A stretch of 38,046 bases of DNA from Candidatus Pacearchaeota archaeon (GTDB lineage Archaea > Nanobdellota > Nanobdellia > Pacearchaeales > DTIR01), in NCBI GenBank assembly GCA_016211995.1, contig JACRHU010000002.1, positions 1 to 38,046 on the forward strand, read 5' to 3'. The translations under genes were made by a program, and so were the position numbers. Shown piece after piece: positions 7,438-19,286 of this stretch. Each line of letters starts with the position of its first letter. Within the stretch, counting starts at the first letter, position 1. Below the pieces are notes generated by a model. The model worked only from the letters and a program-made list of their open reading frames with translations. It was not told where the DNA came from and did no database searches.

Positions 7438-7800
7438 ATGGTAGGAAAAAAGAAAAAGATTAATTTTTTGATATATCTGATTATTTTCCTTTTTATAATA
7501 GCGATTCTTGTTATTTATTTTGCAAGAAATAATCCTTCTGATCAATTTAAAGAGCAGTTAGCAAAATGCTTGACAGAAAAAGGAACTGTAATGTATGGTG
7601 CATACGGGTGTTCTCATTGCAAGGAACAGAAAGAGATGTTCGGAGATGCTTTTCAGTTTATAAATTATGTAGAATGCACTCAGCAGGCAGAATTATGTGA
7701 AGCTACTGGGATTACTGGCTACCCAACTTGGAAGATAAATAATACATTGTATCCTGGCTCTACAACTCTTGGAGAATTACAAAGATTAGCTGGATGTTGA
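7438..7800 (+). CDS. Membrane-anchored thioredoxin-fold protein resembling the VKOR-associated Trx-like domain
   Basis: I prefer the ATG at 7438 (MVGKKKKINF plus a TM helix). The upstream 27 codons of the track ORF lie in the repeat element. MYGAYGCSHCKEQKEMFG...YVEC...GYPTW...LAGC matches the Trx-like domain normally fused to bacterial VKOR homologs. Confidence 0.7.
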   Translation: MVGKKKKINFLIYLIIFLFIIAILVIYFARNNPSDQFKEQLAKCLTEKGTVMYGAYGCSHCKEQKEMFGDAFQFINYVECTQQAELCEATGITGYPTWKINNTLYPGSTTLGELQRLAGC

Positions 7801-7838
7801 GATTGAATTAAATTTAGAAATCTTAAAAACTATAAAAA

Positions 7839-8030
7839 ATGGCAAAATATAAAGTTAAGATTGACAAAGAAAAATGTATTGGATGTGGAAGTTGTGTTGC
7901 AGTTTGTGCTGGAAACTTTGAGTTAAAAGGCGATAAGGCTTTTGTTAAGAAAACAGAGAGTGATTTGGAATGTAACAAAGAAGCCGCAGACATTTGTCCT
8001 GTTCAGGCAATAACTGTCAAGAAAACTTAA
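7839..8030 (+). CDS. Small single-cluster ferredoxin
   Basis: CIGCGSCVAVC ... CP motif in a 63-aa protein. Confidence 0.8.
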   Translation: MAKYKVKIDKEKCIGCGSCVAVCAGNFELKGDKAFVKKTESDLECNKEAADICPVQAITVKKT

Positions 8031-8043
8031 AGAATTTTTTGGT

Positions 8044-8847
8044 TTACTCCATTCCAAAAAATTCTGCTAGCTTCATTCTCAAACTTTTCTTTATATATTT
8101 TTTTCCCAATAGATTTGCTGAAAGCTTTTTAAATGAAATGCTTGAGCTGCTTTTTGGCGAGTGTATAACCACTGGCAATCTTCTTGCAACAGCTTCTTCT
8201 ATATTTTCATCATAAGGAATAGATGCTAGAACTGGCAGACCAAAACTTGCTTCTAGCTCTTTTGTGGATACTTCATATTTTTTTCCACGTACTTTGTTTA
8301 ATATGACTCCTAAAATTGGTTTTTTAAGTTTCTTTGCTAAGTTTATTGTCTTCATGGCAGTTGCAACAGTTGGAAAATCAGGCGTTAGGACAAGAAGTAG
8401 AGCATCTGATGCTTTTATCGCAAGCTTTGCATCATCTTCAACACCTGGTGAAGAGTCTAGAAGAATTAAATCATAACTTTTCAGTTTTTTTAACTTCTTG
8501 TTTAAACCATTAGTATCTATTTTTCCTTTTTCTTTGACAAGTGAAGAAGGAATGACATGTAAACCACACTTATGTTTATGAACAGAACTCATTATTGTTA
8601 CAGGGTCCTTTATTATCTTATTTATGCTAACTGGATGATACGTTAAACCTAAGGCTAAACCAATATTTCCTGTGTTAATATTAGCATCAAGAATGAGTGT
8701 ATTCTTTTTAAATAAGGTAACTGCAGCTGCTCCTATATTTGAGACAGTCGTTGTCTTCCCTACTCCTCCTTTTGCTGAGACAATTCCAAGTACTTTAGTA
8801 TTGCCGTTAACTAGGCCACCATTCATTTTGAAAGATAATTTAATCAT
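8044..8847 (-). CDS. minD: MinD/ParA-family P-loop ATPase
   Basis: Deviant Walker A SAKGGVGKTTT and Walker B-like LILLDSSPG. The start could instead be the internal MNGG. Confidence 0.8.
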   Translation of the reverse strand: MIKLSFKMNGGLVNGNTKVLGIVSAKGGVGKTTTVSNIGAAAVTLFKKNTLILDANINTGNIGLALGLTYHPVSINKIIKDPVTIMSSVHKHKCGLHVIPSSLVKEKGKIDTNGLNKKLKKLKSYDLILLDSSPGVEDDAKLAIKASDALLLVLTPDFPTVATAMKTINLAKKLKKPILGVILNKVRGKKYEVSTKELEASFGLPVLASIPYDENIEEAVARRLPVVIHSPKSSSSISFKKLSANLLGKKYIKKSLRMKLAEFFGME

Positions 8848-8932
8848 TTTTATGTTTATAAAGTTTTCTTTATTCTAAAGTACAGAGATCGCCTAAGGTT
8901 AAATAGAACTGAGAACCAAAAGATTTATAAAT

Positions 8933-8954
8933 ATAAGTTAACAATAGTTAACTT

Positions 8955-8956
<2 letters not shown>
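8933..8956. promoter_or_regulatory. Perfect 10-bp inverted repeat between the TATA box and the start codon (operator candidate)
   Basis: ATAAGTTAAC-aata-GTTAACTTAT overlaps the ATG at 8955. A TATA-like TTTATAAAT lies at 8924-8932. Confidence 0.5.
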
Positions 8957-11266
<2,310 letters not shown>

Positions 11267-11268
11267 AA

Positions 11269-11817
11269 ATGTTTGAAGATGTTAAGGCTATATACAAGAA
11301 TGATCCTGCTGTAAGGAATATAGAGTTTTTACTCTATCCAGGATTACATGCTATAGTTGTTCATCGTTATATCACTCATCCATTACATTTTATTGGTATA
11401 CCCTTTATTCCACGTTTGATCTCACAATTAATGAGATTTTTTACAGGAATTGAGATACATCCTGGAGCACAGATTAGAAAAGGATTGTTTATTGATCATG
11501 GAATGGGTGTAGTAATAGGAGAGACAGCAGAGATAGGAAAAAACTGTGTGATGTATCAGAATGTTTCACTTGGAGGAACTGGAAAACATAAAGGGAAAAG
11601 GCATCCAACAATTGGAGATAATGTGTTGATTGGTGCAGGAGCAACATTACTTGGACCGATAAGAATAGGGAATAATGTTAAAATAGGCGCAGAGACCTTT
11701 ATCATAGACCGCAATGTCCCAGATAACTGCACAGTTGTTGGTGCTCCTGGGAGAATTGTAAAGCTTAATGGAAAAAAAGTTAATACTAAATTAAAAAAGA
11801 ATAAAAAGGGAGATTAA
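11269..11817 (+). CDS. cysE: Serine O-acetyltransferase
   Basis: [18 protein letters not shown], and [15 protein letters not shown] hexapeptide repeats. Confidence 0.9.
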   Translation: MFEDVKAIYKNDPAVRNIEFLLYPGLHAIVVHRYITHPLHFIGIPFIPRLISQLMRFFTGIEIHPGAQIRKGLFIDHGMGVVIGETAEIGKNCVMYQNVSLGGTGKHKGKRHPTIGDNVLIGAGATLLGPIRIGNNVKIGAETFIIDRNVPDNCTVVGAPGRIVKLNGKKVNTKLKKNKKGD

Positions 11818-11820
11818 AAA

Positions 11821-12102
11821 ATGTCAGAACAAAAACTTGAAAAAATAACTGAAAAAATTTTGCTTGCTGATTTATTTAAAGATGAAGGTGCTGTACAAAT
11901 ACTAGAAGAATATGGTTTTCCATGTATAGGCTGTCAACATCTTAAAAATGAATTAGGATTTCTAAGTCTAGAAAGCGTATCTGTTGGTTATGGACTTGAT
12001 GTTAAAGATATGATTAAAGACTTAAACAGTTATTTAGATAATAGAGAATTATATGAAATGGAGGGTATATTAAAGAAAAATGAAGATAAAGAAAAAAGTT
12101 AG
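11821..12102 (+). CDS. DUF1858-like redox disulfide protein (divergent paralog)
   Basis: ILEEYGFPCIGCQH resembles the hybrid-cluster-protein-associated redox disulfide domain. Tandem with the next gene. Confidence 0.5.
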   Translation: MSEQKLEKITEKILLADLFKDEGAVQILEEYGFPCIGCQHLKNELGFLSLESVSVGYGLDVKDMIKDLNSYLDNRELYEMEGILKKNEDKEKS

Positions 12103-12319
12103 AAAAATTAGCAAAGAAGCGATAACAAAAAATATGGATTTTGCTAGTGTTATGCACAAACATCCTGAAACAGCAGAAGTTTTTTTTAAGCATGGAATGG
12201 CCTGCTTTGGTTGCCCGATGGCAATGTCTGAGAGCATAGAGGCCGGAGCTATTGCACATGGCATTAATCCTGATAAGCTTGTTGATGAGCTAAATAAAGC
12301 TTTGAAAAAGAAAAAATAA
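12080..12319 (+). CDS. DUF1858 / hybrid-cluster-protein-associated redox disulfide domain protein
   Basis: ITKNM...HPETAEVFFKHGMACFGCPMAMSESIEAGAIAHGINPDKLVDELN is the canonical family pattern. Confidence 0.7.
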   Translation: MKIKKKVRKISKEAITKNMDFASVMHKHPETAEVFFKHGMACFGCPMAMSESIEAGAIAHGINPDKLVDELNKALKKKK

Positions 12320-12363
12320 GAATCGTTAATTAAATTGTTGGCAATGACAGGCCAACACAAATG

Positions 12364-12435
12364 CAAACCTGTCATCAAAAAAATCTATAAGATTTTTAGG
12401 ATCCCAGAAATCTATTATTTCTGCTAATAGGTTTG
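12364..12435 (+). repeat. GGATCC-core hairpin-module element, copy R4
   Basis: Outer stem CAAACC(12364)/GGTTTG(12430). AAAAATC-tataa-GATTTTT (12379-12397). GGATCC (12399-12404). CAGAAAT-ctatt-ATTTCTG (12405-12423). Confidence 0.8.
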
Positions 12436-12474
12436 ATACTTAATGATTAAAAACAAAAATAAGAAGGAGAAAAA

Positions 12475-12729
12475 ATGCCAGTATATGAATATAGATGCAA
12501 GGACTGCAATGCCAAATTCGAAGTTTTATACAGACAGGGGGATGAAGTGAAGTGCGAGTGTGGCTCAGAGAATTTAGAAAAATTAGTCTCAACTTTTGCT
12601 CTGAAAATAACCGGAACACATTTTGTAGGAGAAAAGAAAATAGAAGAATATGAGTGCGACTCATGTGAAGATAAGAAATGTGAGATGAAAAATTTAGTGG
12701 AAGGAGGAAAAAATGACAATAAATTATAG
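12475..12729 (+). CDS. FmdB-family zinc-ribbon protein
   Basis: MPVYEYRCKDCNAKFEVL ... CECGSENLEKLVS. AGGAGA SD upstream. Confidence 0.75.
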   Translation: MPVYEYRCKDCNAKFEVLYRQGDEVKCECGSENLEKLVSTFALKITGTHFVGEKKIEEYECDSCEDKKCEMKNLVEGGKNDNKL

Positions 12730-13108
12730 CAAGAAGGTAATGCAACATTTTTTTCACCCCAAACATGCTAACGAAATGAAGAATTTTAGTATCAAAGGCA
12801 GGATGGGGAATATAAAATGTGGAGATATTATGGAATTTTATCTAAAAATAAAAGATGATAAGATTATTGATGCTTCTTTTAAAACTTACGGATGTACTGC
12901 TGCAATTGCATGCTCGGATGTATTATGTGATCTTGTGATAGGCAAAAAAATAAAGGATGCCTTAAAAATAACAGCAAAAGATATTTACAATGCTCTCGGT
13001 CAATTACCCCCTCAAAAATATCACTGCTCTGTTCTTGGTATGCAAACATTTAGAAAAGCTATTAAGAATTATTCAAAAAAACAAAAGAAATATGAAAAAG
13101 TTTTTTAA
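12713..13108 (+). CDS. iscU: Fe-S cluster scaffold, IscU/NifU N-terminal type
   Basis: Three ligand cysteines in KCGDIM, YGCTAAIA and YHCSVLG. AGGAGG SD upstream. Confidence 0.85.
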   Translation: MTINYSKKVMQHFFHPKHANEMKNFSIKGRMGNIKCGDIMEFYLKIKDDKIIDASFKTYGCTAAIACSDVLCDLVIGKKIKDALKITAKDIYNALGQLPPQKYHCSVLGMQTFRKAIKNYSKKQKKYEKVF

Positions 13109-13943
13109 AAAAGAAAAATTGAATAAGCTTATAGAATTAGCCAGAACAAAAAAATATTCTGCACCAAAACTTGCTAAAAAATTTAGATGTGATAGAAAGA
13201 CTATTTTCAGAATACTTAAAGATAAAGAGATTATGCTCCCTAATCTCGGGCGATTTAAAAAAAGAATTTATTGTAATGAAAAATTCTTTAAAAAATTAAA
13301 TAAAATTTCTGCTTATTGGTTAGGATTTATTGCAGCTGATGGTGTTCTTTCTTTAAGAGATAAAAGTGTATTGATATGCTTATCAGAAAAAGATAAAAAA
13401 CATTTGTATAAATTTAAAAAAGCCATTAAAACAAATGCTAAAATTGGACTTATAAAAAGTAATAGGAGTGCCCACATAGGGATTTGTGATAAAGATCTAT
13501 TTGAATCATTAGTTGAAAGAGGCGTAACCCCAAATAAAAGTTTAAGCATAAAAAAGGTTAAATTCCCACAAAGGCTAAGTTCTCATTTTATTCGTGGTGT
13601 GTTTGATGGTGATGGAAGCATAAGCGGTTCTGATATTTCCCATATTCAGCTTATGATTGCTGGGAATAAGGAGTTCCTAGAACAATTACAAGATATATTA
13701 ATTAAGAATTGTAAGTTAAATAGAGTTAAACTTTATAGATTAACTAAAGGTAATGCCTATAAACTTCAGTATACTGGCCCACAAATATTTAAAATTTTGA
13801 AATTTTTGTATAGAAACTCTAATAAAAATATGAGATTAGATAGAAAATATACAAAATATCTAATATTCAAAAGAAAGTTTAAAGCAGATGCGTTGCATGC
13901 AGCAATTCTCGATTATGAAAACAAAAAAAGAAAGAATATCTAA
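13092..13943 (+). CDS. Free-standing double-motif LAGLIDADG homing endonuclease with an N-terminal HTH
   Basis: I prefer the ATG at 13092 (MKKFFKKEK). Motif 1 YWLGFIAADGVLS, motif 2 FIRGVFDGDGSIS. N-terminal SAPKLAKKFRCDRKTIFRIL is HTH-like. Overlaps the iscU end and the nth start. Confidence 0.8.
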   Translation: MKKFFKKEKLNKLIELARTKKYSAPKLAKKFRCDRKTIFRILKDKEIMLPNLGRFKKRIYCNEKFFKKLNKISAYWLGFIAADGVLSLRDKSVLICLSEKDKKHLYKFKKAIKTNAKIGLIKSNRSAHIGICDKDLFESLVERGVTPNKSLSIKKVKFPQRLSSHFIRGVFDGDGSISGSDISHIQLMIAGNKEFLEQLQDILIKNCKLNRVKLYRLTKGNAYKLQYTGPQIFKILKFLYRNSNKNMRLDRKYTKYLIFKRKFKADALHAAILDYENKKRKNI

Positions 13944-14574
13944 AATTTTCAAGATTCTTGGTAAATTTTATGAGAAATCTGAAAAGCCGACTATAAGAAA
14001 GACATCTGAAAAAAATGATCCCTTTAAAACTTTGATTACATGTTTGCTTTCTCTGCGTACACAGGATAAAAATACAGCAAAAACTTCTACTGCACTCTTC
14101 GCAGTTGCAGATACTCCTGACAAAATTGTTAAACTTCCTGTTAAGCAACTTGAAAAGCTGATTTACTCTTCTGGGTATTACAAAAACAAAGCAAGAACGA
14201 TCAAACATGTTTCTCAAGTGATATTAGAAGAGCATGATGGAAAAGTTCCTGAATCTGAGTATGAACTGCTTAATATAAAGGGAATAGGAAGAAAAACAGC
14301 CAATATTGTGTTGAGTTTTGCTTTTAAGAAAGAGGTCATCCCTGTTGATACCCATGTTCATGTTGTTTCAAATCGTTTAGGATGGGCTAAAACAAAAAAT
14401 GCTACTCAAACTGAGCTGGAGTTAATGAAAGTTGTTCCTCGAGCGTATTGGAAAGAGCTGAATACTATTTTTGTTTTGTTTGGCAAGGAGATATGCATAA
14501 CTCAGTCTCCTCTTTGTAGTAAATGTCCCGTTTCAAAGCTTTGTCCAAGAATTGGAGTTAAGAGGAGCAGATAG
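13915..14574 (+). CDS. nth: Endonuclease III (HhH-GPD DNA glycosylase with a 4Fe-4S cluster)
   Basis: LLSLRTQD, HhH IKGIGRKTANIVL, PVDTHV, and Cys-x6-Cys-x2-Cys-x5-Cys (CITQSPLCSKCPVSKLC). I prefer the start at the ATG at 13915. Confidence 0.85.
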   Translation: MKTKKERISKIFKILGKFYEKSEKPTIRKTSEKNDPFKTLITCLLSLRTQDKNTAKTSTALFAVADTPDKIVKLPVKQLEKLIYSSGYYKNKARTIKHVSQVILEEHDGKVPESEYELLNIKGIGRKTANIVLSFAFKKEVIPVDTHVHVVSNRLGWAKTKNATQTELELMKVVPRAYWKELNTIFVLFGKEICITQSPLCSKCPVSKLCPRIGVKRSR

Positions 14575-14622
14575 ACAAATTTAAATAAGTATATCAGCAT
14601 AGAAATATAAAGGAGGTGTAAA

Positions 14623-14847
14623 ATGTTAGAAGAAAAGACTATAAATGTCAAAGGAATTAAAGGCTGTGGCTGTGCAGACAGTCTGGCGGAGTCTTTAAAG
14701 TGTATTGGTGTAGAAAAAGTTTGCATTGATGCTAAGAGTGGAAAAGTCAATTTGAAATATGATTCCTGCAAAGTAGACTATGAAAAAATAAAGGGAAAGA
14801 TAAAAGATTCTGGTTATGAGATTGAATGTAAAAGCTGCTGTAAATAG
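14623..14847 (+). CDS. HMA-fold-like small metal-binding protein with a variant CGC motif and a C-terminal CxxCC
   Basis: AGGAGGTG SD. INVKGIKGCGCADSLAESL replaces the usual GMxCxxC. Ends in ECKSCCK. Confidence 0.55.
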   Translation: MLEEKTINVKGIKGCGCADSLAESLKCIGVEKVCIDAKSGKVNLKYDSCKVDYEKIKGKIKDSGYEIECKSCCK

Positions 14848-14972
14848 AAATTTTAGAGAGTTGAATTAAATGTTTTAATGAGAGATTAAGAAAAATTTTA
14901 TTAGATGTATCTATCAATACCGATAGAACTATAATCGATTAACTTTTTAAATGACTAAGTTAAAATATTAAA

Positions 14973-15467
14973 ATGGAAAATAGGCAAGTAGGATATATTA
15001 TAATTGGAATGGCTGTTGTGATTGGAATTATAATTTTTCTTTTTAACAGTGCATTAAAAGATATTGTAGGGACTTCATGTTCTCATGGAACAACCTGTCC
15101 AATGTATGGGGATATAAAAACTCAGACAATTATTGGGCTCGTTTTAGTAGGCATAATTGCAATAATAGGTATTGTACTTATTTTTGGTAAGGAAAAAGAA
15201 AAGATAATTGTAAGGACTAGAAAAATTAAGGATGAACTTGCAGAAAAGCTGAAAGAAGAAAAAGAAAAAAATCTTAAATTGTTGAACAAAGAGGAAAAAG
15301 CAATTTATGTAATTTTAATGAAAGAAGGAAGCATGTTCCAGGCAGATATAGTTGACAAGTCAGGATTTGGAAAAGTAAAGGTTACAAGAATTCTTGACAG
15401 GCTTGAAAGCAAGAACCTTATTGAAAGAAAAAGAAGAGGAATGAATAATATAGTGGTCATAAGATAA
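14973..15467 (+). CDS. Membrane-tethered winged-helix transcriptional regulator
   Basis: Two TM helices flank the loop CSHGTTCPMYG. The C-terminal EEKAIYVILMKEGSMFQADIVDKSGFGKVKVTRILDRLESKNLIERKRRG is a MarR/TrmB-like wHTH. Confidence 0.65.
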   Translation: MENRQVGYIIIGMAVVIGIIIFLFNSALKDIVGTSCSHGTTCPMYGDIKTQTIIGLVLVGIIAIIGIVLIFGKEKEKIIVRTRKIKDELAEKLKEEKEKNLKLLNKEEKAIYVILMKEGSMFQADIVDKSGFGKVKVTRILDRLESKNLIERKRRGMNNIVVIR

Positions 15468-15493
15468 TTAGAAGTTACTAAGGAAGTTGAACC

Positions 15494-15587
15494 ATCATAA
15501 AATCCTTATGGATTTTAGGATCCTGAAAATCTTTTGATTTTCATGATAAGAAACCTTGGTTTCTTAGGTATGAAACTAGTTTCATAC
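15494..15587 (+). repeat. GGATCC-core hairpin-module element, copy R5, with two extra hairpins
   Basis: ATCAT/ATGAT outer stem. AAAATCC-ttat-GGATTTT (15499-15516). GGATCC (15518-15523). GAAAATC-tttt-GATTTTC (15525-15542). Then AGAAACC-tt-GGTTTCT and TATGAAAC-tag-GTTTCATA. Confidence 0.8.
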
Positions 15588-15621
15588 AAATTCATTAATA
15601 GTTCTTTTTTCTGGGTTTTTT

Positions 15622-17031
15622 ATGAAAAAGTTATTTAAGATAAAAGGAATGCACTGTAATTCGTGTGAGAGATTGATTGAGATTGAATTGAAAGATAGAG
15701 TTAGCAGCATAAAAGTAAGTTATGCAAAAAATGAAGCATTGATTGATTTTGATCCTGAAAAGATAAGTGAAAAAGAAATAACTGAAAGCATTAAAAAATT
15801 AGGTTATGAAGTTATCTCACAGAATTCAAATGCTCCTGTAAAGAAAGATAGAGTCGGTTTATTTGTTTTGATAGGCGTAAGCATATTAGCCTTGTTTTTT
15901 TTATATTATCTGTTTGGCTCGAGCATTAAAATTCCTGAATTTAAGATTCCAGAGATAGGAGAAAATGTAAGTTTGGTTTTATTGTTTATTGCTGGATTGC
16001 TTGTAGGATTTCATTGTGTATCTATGTGTGGAGGCTTTGTTGTTTCATACACAGCCAAGAATGCATTAAATGGCCATAAGAGTTTGAAACAACACCTTGT
16101 TTATGGTGGTTCAAAAGTAGTTTCATATGCTATTATAGGGGGAATTTTTGGTTTAATAGGAGGAATAATTGCTTTTAGCACTAAATTGCGCGGATGGGTT
16201 GCAATTCTTGCTGGATTATTTATGATATTTTATGCATTAAGCATGTGTGGCATTGCATTTTTCAGAAGATTTCAATTTAATCCTAAATTTTTATCAAAAG
16301 TTGCTAGCAGGACACCAAAAGGACCATATGCAGGACCATTCTTTACAGGTTTGTTAAATGGATTATTCATTGCTTGCGGACCATTGCAAGCAATGTATCT
16401 TTATGCAGCAGGAACAGGAAGCTTTGTGAAAGGAGCAACAAGCTTGGCTGTTTTTGGTTTTGGAACTATTCCAGTAATGCTTGGATTCGGAAGTCTTGCT
16501 ACTGTAATAAGCCATAGCACTACAAGAAAAATTTTGAAAATTTCAGCAGTCATTGTTCTGATACTTGGATTAGTAATGTTAAACAGAGGATTAGCCTTAA
16601 CTGGAACAAATTTTGGATTAAGTTCGATAAAACCTAGCAGTAATGGAAATGTTATTAGTGGGAATATAGTAAATGGTGTTCAGGAAATAAATATGAATGT
16701 TGATGCGAGCGGTTATCATCCTAACTCTTTTGTCCTGAAAAAAGGAATTCCTGTAAAATGGAATGTGAATGTCAAAGAGCTGACAGGATGTAACAGTGAA
16801 TTAGTAGTAAATGACTACAAAATAGATGCAAGATTAAAACAAGGATTGAATGTCTTTGAATTTACTCCTGATAAAGTTGGAACAGTGAGATTCAGCTGTG
16901 GGATGGGGATGTTGCAAGGAAGTTTTATTGTTACAGAGAGTGGTGAGGCAACACAGCAACAAATTAATTCTGCTACTCCAAAATCTTCTGGAAGCTGCGG
17001 TATGGGTAGCGGATGTGGATGTGGAATGTGA
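15622..17031 (+). CDS. HMA domain, DsbD_2/TauE-like polytopic membrane domain and cupredoxin-like domain protein with a Cys/Met/Gly tail
   Basis: GMHCNSCERL; TM block GFHCVSMCGGFV; C-terminal YHPNSFVLKKGIPVKW...FSCGMGMLQG; tail GSCGMGSGCGCGM. Confidence 0.7.
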   Translation: MKKLFKIKGMHCNSCERLIEIELKDRVSSIKVSYAKNEALIDFDPEKISEKEITESIKKLGYEVISQNSNAPVKKDRVGLFVLIGVSILALFFLYYLFGSSIKIPEFKIPEIGENVSLVLLFIAGLLVGFHCVSMCGGFVVSYTAKNALNGHKSLKQHLVYGGSKVVSYAIIGGIFGLIGGIIAFSTKLRGWVAILAGLFMIFYALSMCGIAFFRRFQFNPKFLSKVASRTPKGPYAGPFFTGLLNGLFIACGPLQAMYLYAAGTGSFVKGATSLAVFGFGTIPVMLGFGSLATVISHSTTRKILKISAVIVLILGLVMLNRGLALTGTNFGLSSIKPSSNGNVISGNIVNGVQEINMNVDASGYHPNSFVLKKGIPVKWNVNVKELTGCNSELVVNDYKIDARLKQGLNVFEFTPDKVGTVRFSCGMGMLQGSFIVTESGEATQQQINSATPKSSGSCGMGSGCGCGM

Positions 17032-17075
17032 TTTAGAATAAAGAATTTTATAAAGTTGATTGGATATATTATAGA

Positions 17076-19262
17076 ATGAGAAAAGTTGATTTTAGAATAA
17101 CTGGAATGCATTGTGCTAGCTGTGCTACCTTAATAACCAATGGCTTACAAAAAGATCCTGCTGTAAAATACGCAAATGTTAATCTCACAACAGAAAAAGC
17201 AACTGTAGAGTTTGATGAGAGCAGAACAAGTGAAGCAAAAATTATTAGTATAATTCAAAGTCTAGGTTATGGTGTAGAGATTTCTTCATTGGATAAATAT
17301 AAAGAAGAGGCAAAAAGAAAGAAAAAATTAATGGATTTAAAAAAATTGGTAATTTTCAGCTTAATTTTTGCTATTCCTGCTTTTCTCATGGGAATGGTTT
17401 TTATGTGGATTGGGATAGAAATTCCTTATAAAAATTATATTCTGTTTGCATTAGCAACACCTGTACAATTTATTGTTGGTAGAAGAATATATCAAAGCGC
17501 AATTAGTGCATTAAAGCATAAAACAGCAAATATGGACAGCTTGATAGCACTTGGAACAAGCGCAGCTTATTTCTTTAGCGTTTACGTGACTTTATTTGCA
17601 CCTATGCAAGACCAATATTTTGAAGCTGCTGCAATTCTGATTACTTTTGTTATGGTTGGAAGATATCTTGAAGCTGTAGCTAAAGGAAAAACAAGTGAAG
17701 CTATAAAAAAATTAATGAACCTGTCTCCAAAAATTGCAATAGTGATAAAAAATGGAAAAGAGATTAAAATTAAAGTTGATGAGCTGATTGTAGGAGATAT
17801 TATTATTGTAAAGCCTGGAGAAAGAATTCCAGTTGATGGAATTATAATTAATGGTGAATCTGCTATTGATGAATCCATGCTTACAGGCGAAAGCATGCCT
17901 GTTGAAAAGAAAAAAGGAGATACAGTAATAGGAGCTACAATAAACAAGTATGGAAGTTTTAAGTTTAAGGCAACAAAAGTCGGAGCAAATACTACACTCT
18001 CTCAAATAATAAAGCTGATAGAGGACGCCCAAGGAAAAAAGGCTCCTATCCAAAGATTTGCAGATAAAATTTCTGCTTATTTTGTTCCTGTTGTAATAGC
18101 TATTTCTTTAATAGCTTTCTCTATATGGTATTTTGTTATAGGGATGCCTTTTTCCTTTGCTCTTATAATTGCTGTGTCTGTTCTTGTCATAGCATGCCCC
18201 TGTGCTTTAGGATTAGCTACGCCAACAGCAATAATGGTTGGAACAGGAATGGGAGCTGAAAAAGGAATTTTAATAAAAGGAGGAGATGCTTTAGAAACTG
18301 CACATAAGATAAAAGTAGTAGTTTTCGATAAAACAGGAACACTCACAAAAGGAAAACCAGAGGTTACTGATATAATTTCATTAAACAAAAAAGAAAAAGA
18401 ATTGCTAGAGATTACTGCAAGCATTGAACAGCATTCAGAGCATCCTCTTGCGCAAGCAATAGTCCAAAAAGCAAAAGATTTCAGAATAAACTTGAAAAAG
18501 ATAAGGAGCTTTAAAGCAATTCCTGGCCATGGAGTTGAAGGAATTTATGGAAAAAACAAGATTATTGTAGGAAAACCAGAATATCTTAAGAGAATACGTT
18601 CTCTAACAAAATTAGAAGAAAAAATTTCTGAGCTGGAGAATAATGGAAAAACAGTAGTTGTTACTTGTATGAATAAAAAGATTTTGGGGATAATAGCAAT
18701 AGCTGACACTCCTAGACCTGATTCAATAAGCGCTGTAAAAGTATTACAGCAAAGTGGGATATTTGTTTATATGATTACAGGAGATAATAAAAGAACAGCA
18801 AATGCAATTGCAAAACAACTTGGAATTAATCATGTACTTGCAGAAGTTTTGCCAGAAGATAAAGCAAAAAAAATAAAAGAATTGCAAAAACATGGAAAAA
18901 TTGTTGCAATGGTAGGTGATGGAATAAATGATGCTCCTGCTCTTGCGCAGGCAGATATTGGCATAGCAATTAGATCTGGCACAGATGTTGCAATGGAAAC
19001 AGGAAATATTGTTTTAATGAATAATTCAACATTAGATGTTATAAAAGCAATAAAATTAAGCAAAATGACTTTAAAAAAGATAAAACAAAATATGTTCTGG
19101 GCGTTATTTTACAATTCAATGGGAATTCCAATTGCTGCAGGATTGCTATATCCTGTTACAGGGTGGTTGCTTTCTCCAGTAATTGCAGGAGGAGCAATGG
19201 CTCTTTCATCTGTGAGTGTTGTTTTGAATACACTATTAATGAAGAGATATAAAATTAAATAA
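17076..19262 (+). CDS. copA: Copper-translocating P1B-type ATPase
   Basis: [34 protein letters not shown] and GDGINDAP. Confidence 0.92.
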   Translation: MRKVDFRITGMHCASCATLITNGLQKDPAVKYANVNLTTEKATVEFDESRTSEAKIISIIQSLGYGVEISSLDKYKEEAKRKKKLMDLKKLVIFSLIFAIPAFLMGMVFMWIGIEIPYKNYILFALATPVQFIVGRRIYQSAISALKHKTANMDSLIALGTSAAYFFSVYVTLFAPMQDQYFEAAAILITFVMVGRYLEAVAKGKTSEAIKKLMNLSPKIAIVIKNGKEIKIKVDELIVGDIIIVKPGERIPVDGIIINGESAIDESMLTGESMPVEKKKGDTVIGATINKYGSFKFKATKVGANTTLSQIIKLIEDAQGKKAPIQRFADKISAYFVPVVIAISLIAFSIWYFVIGMPFSFALIIAVSVLVIACPCALGLATPTAIMVGTGMGAEKGILIKGGDALETAHKIKVVVFDKTGTLTKGKPEVTDIISLNKKEKELLEITASIEQHSEHPLAQAIVQKAKDFRINLKKIRSFKAIPGHGVEGIYGKNKIIVGKPEYLKRIRSLTKLEEKISELENNGKTVVVTCMNKKILGIIAIADTPRPDSISAVKVLQQSGIFVYMITGDNKRTANAIAKQLGINHVLAEVLPEDKAKKIKELQKHGKIVAMVGDGINDAPALAQADIGIAIRSGTDVAMETGNIVLMNNSTLDVIKAIKLSKMTLKKIKQNMFWALFYNSMGIPIAAGLLYPVTGWLLSPVIAGGAMALSSVSVVLNTLLMKRYKIK

Positions 19263-19286
19263 AAATAAGATACAGAAATATTAATA

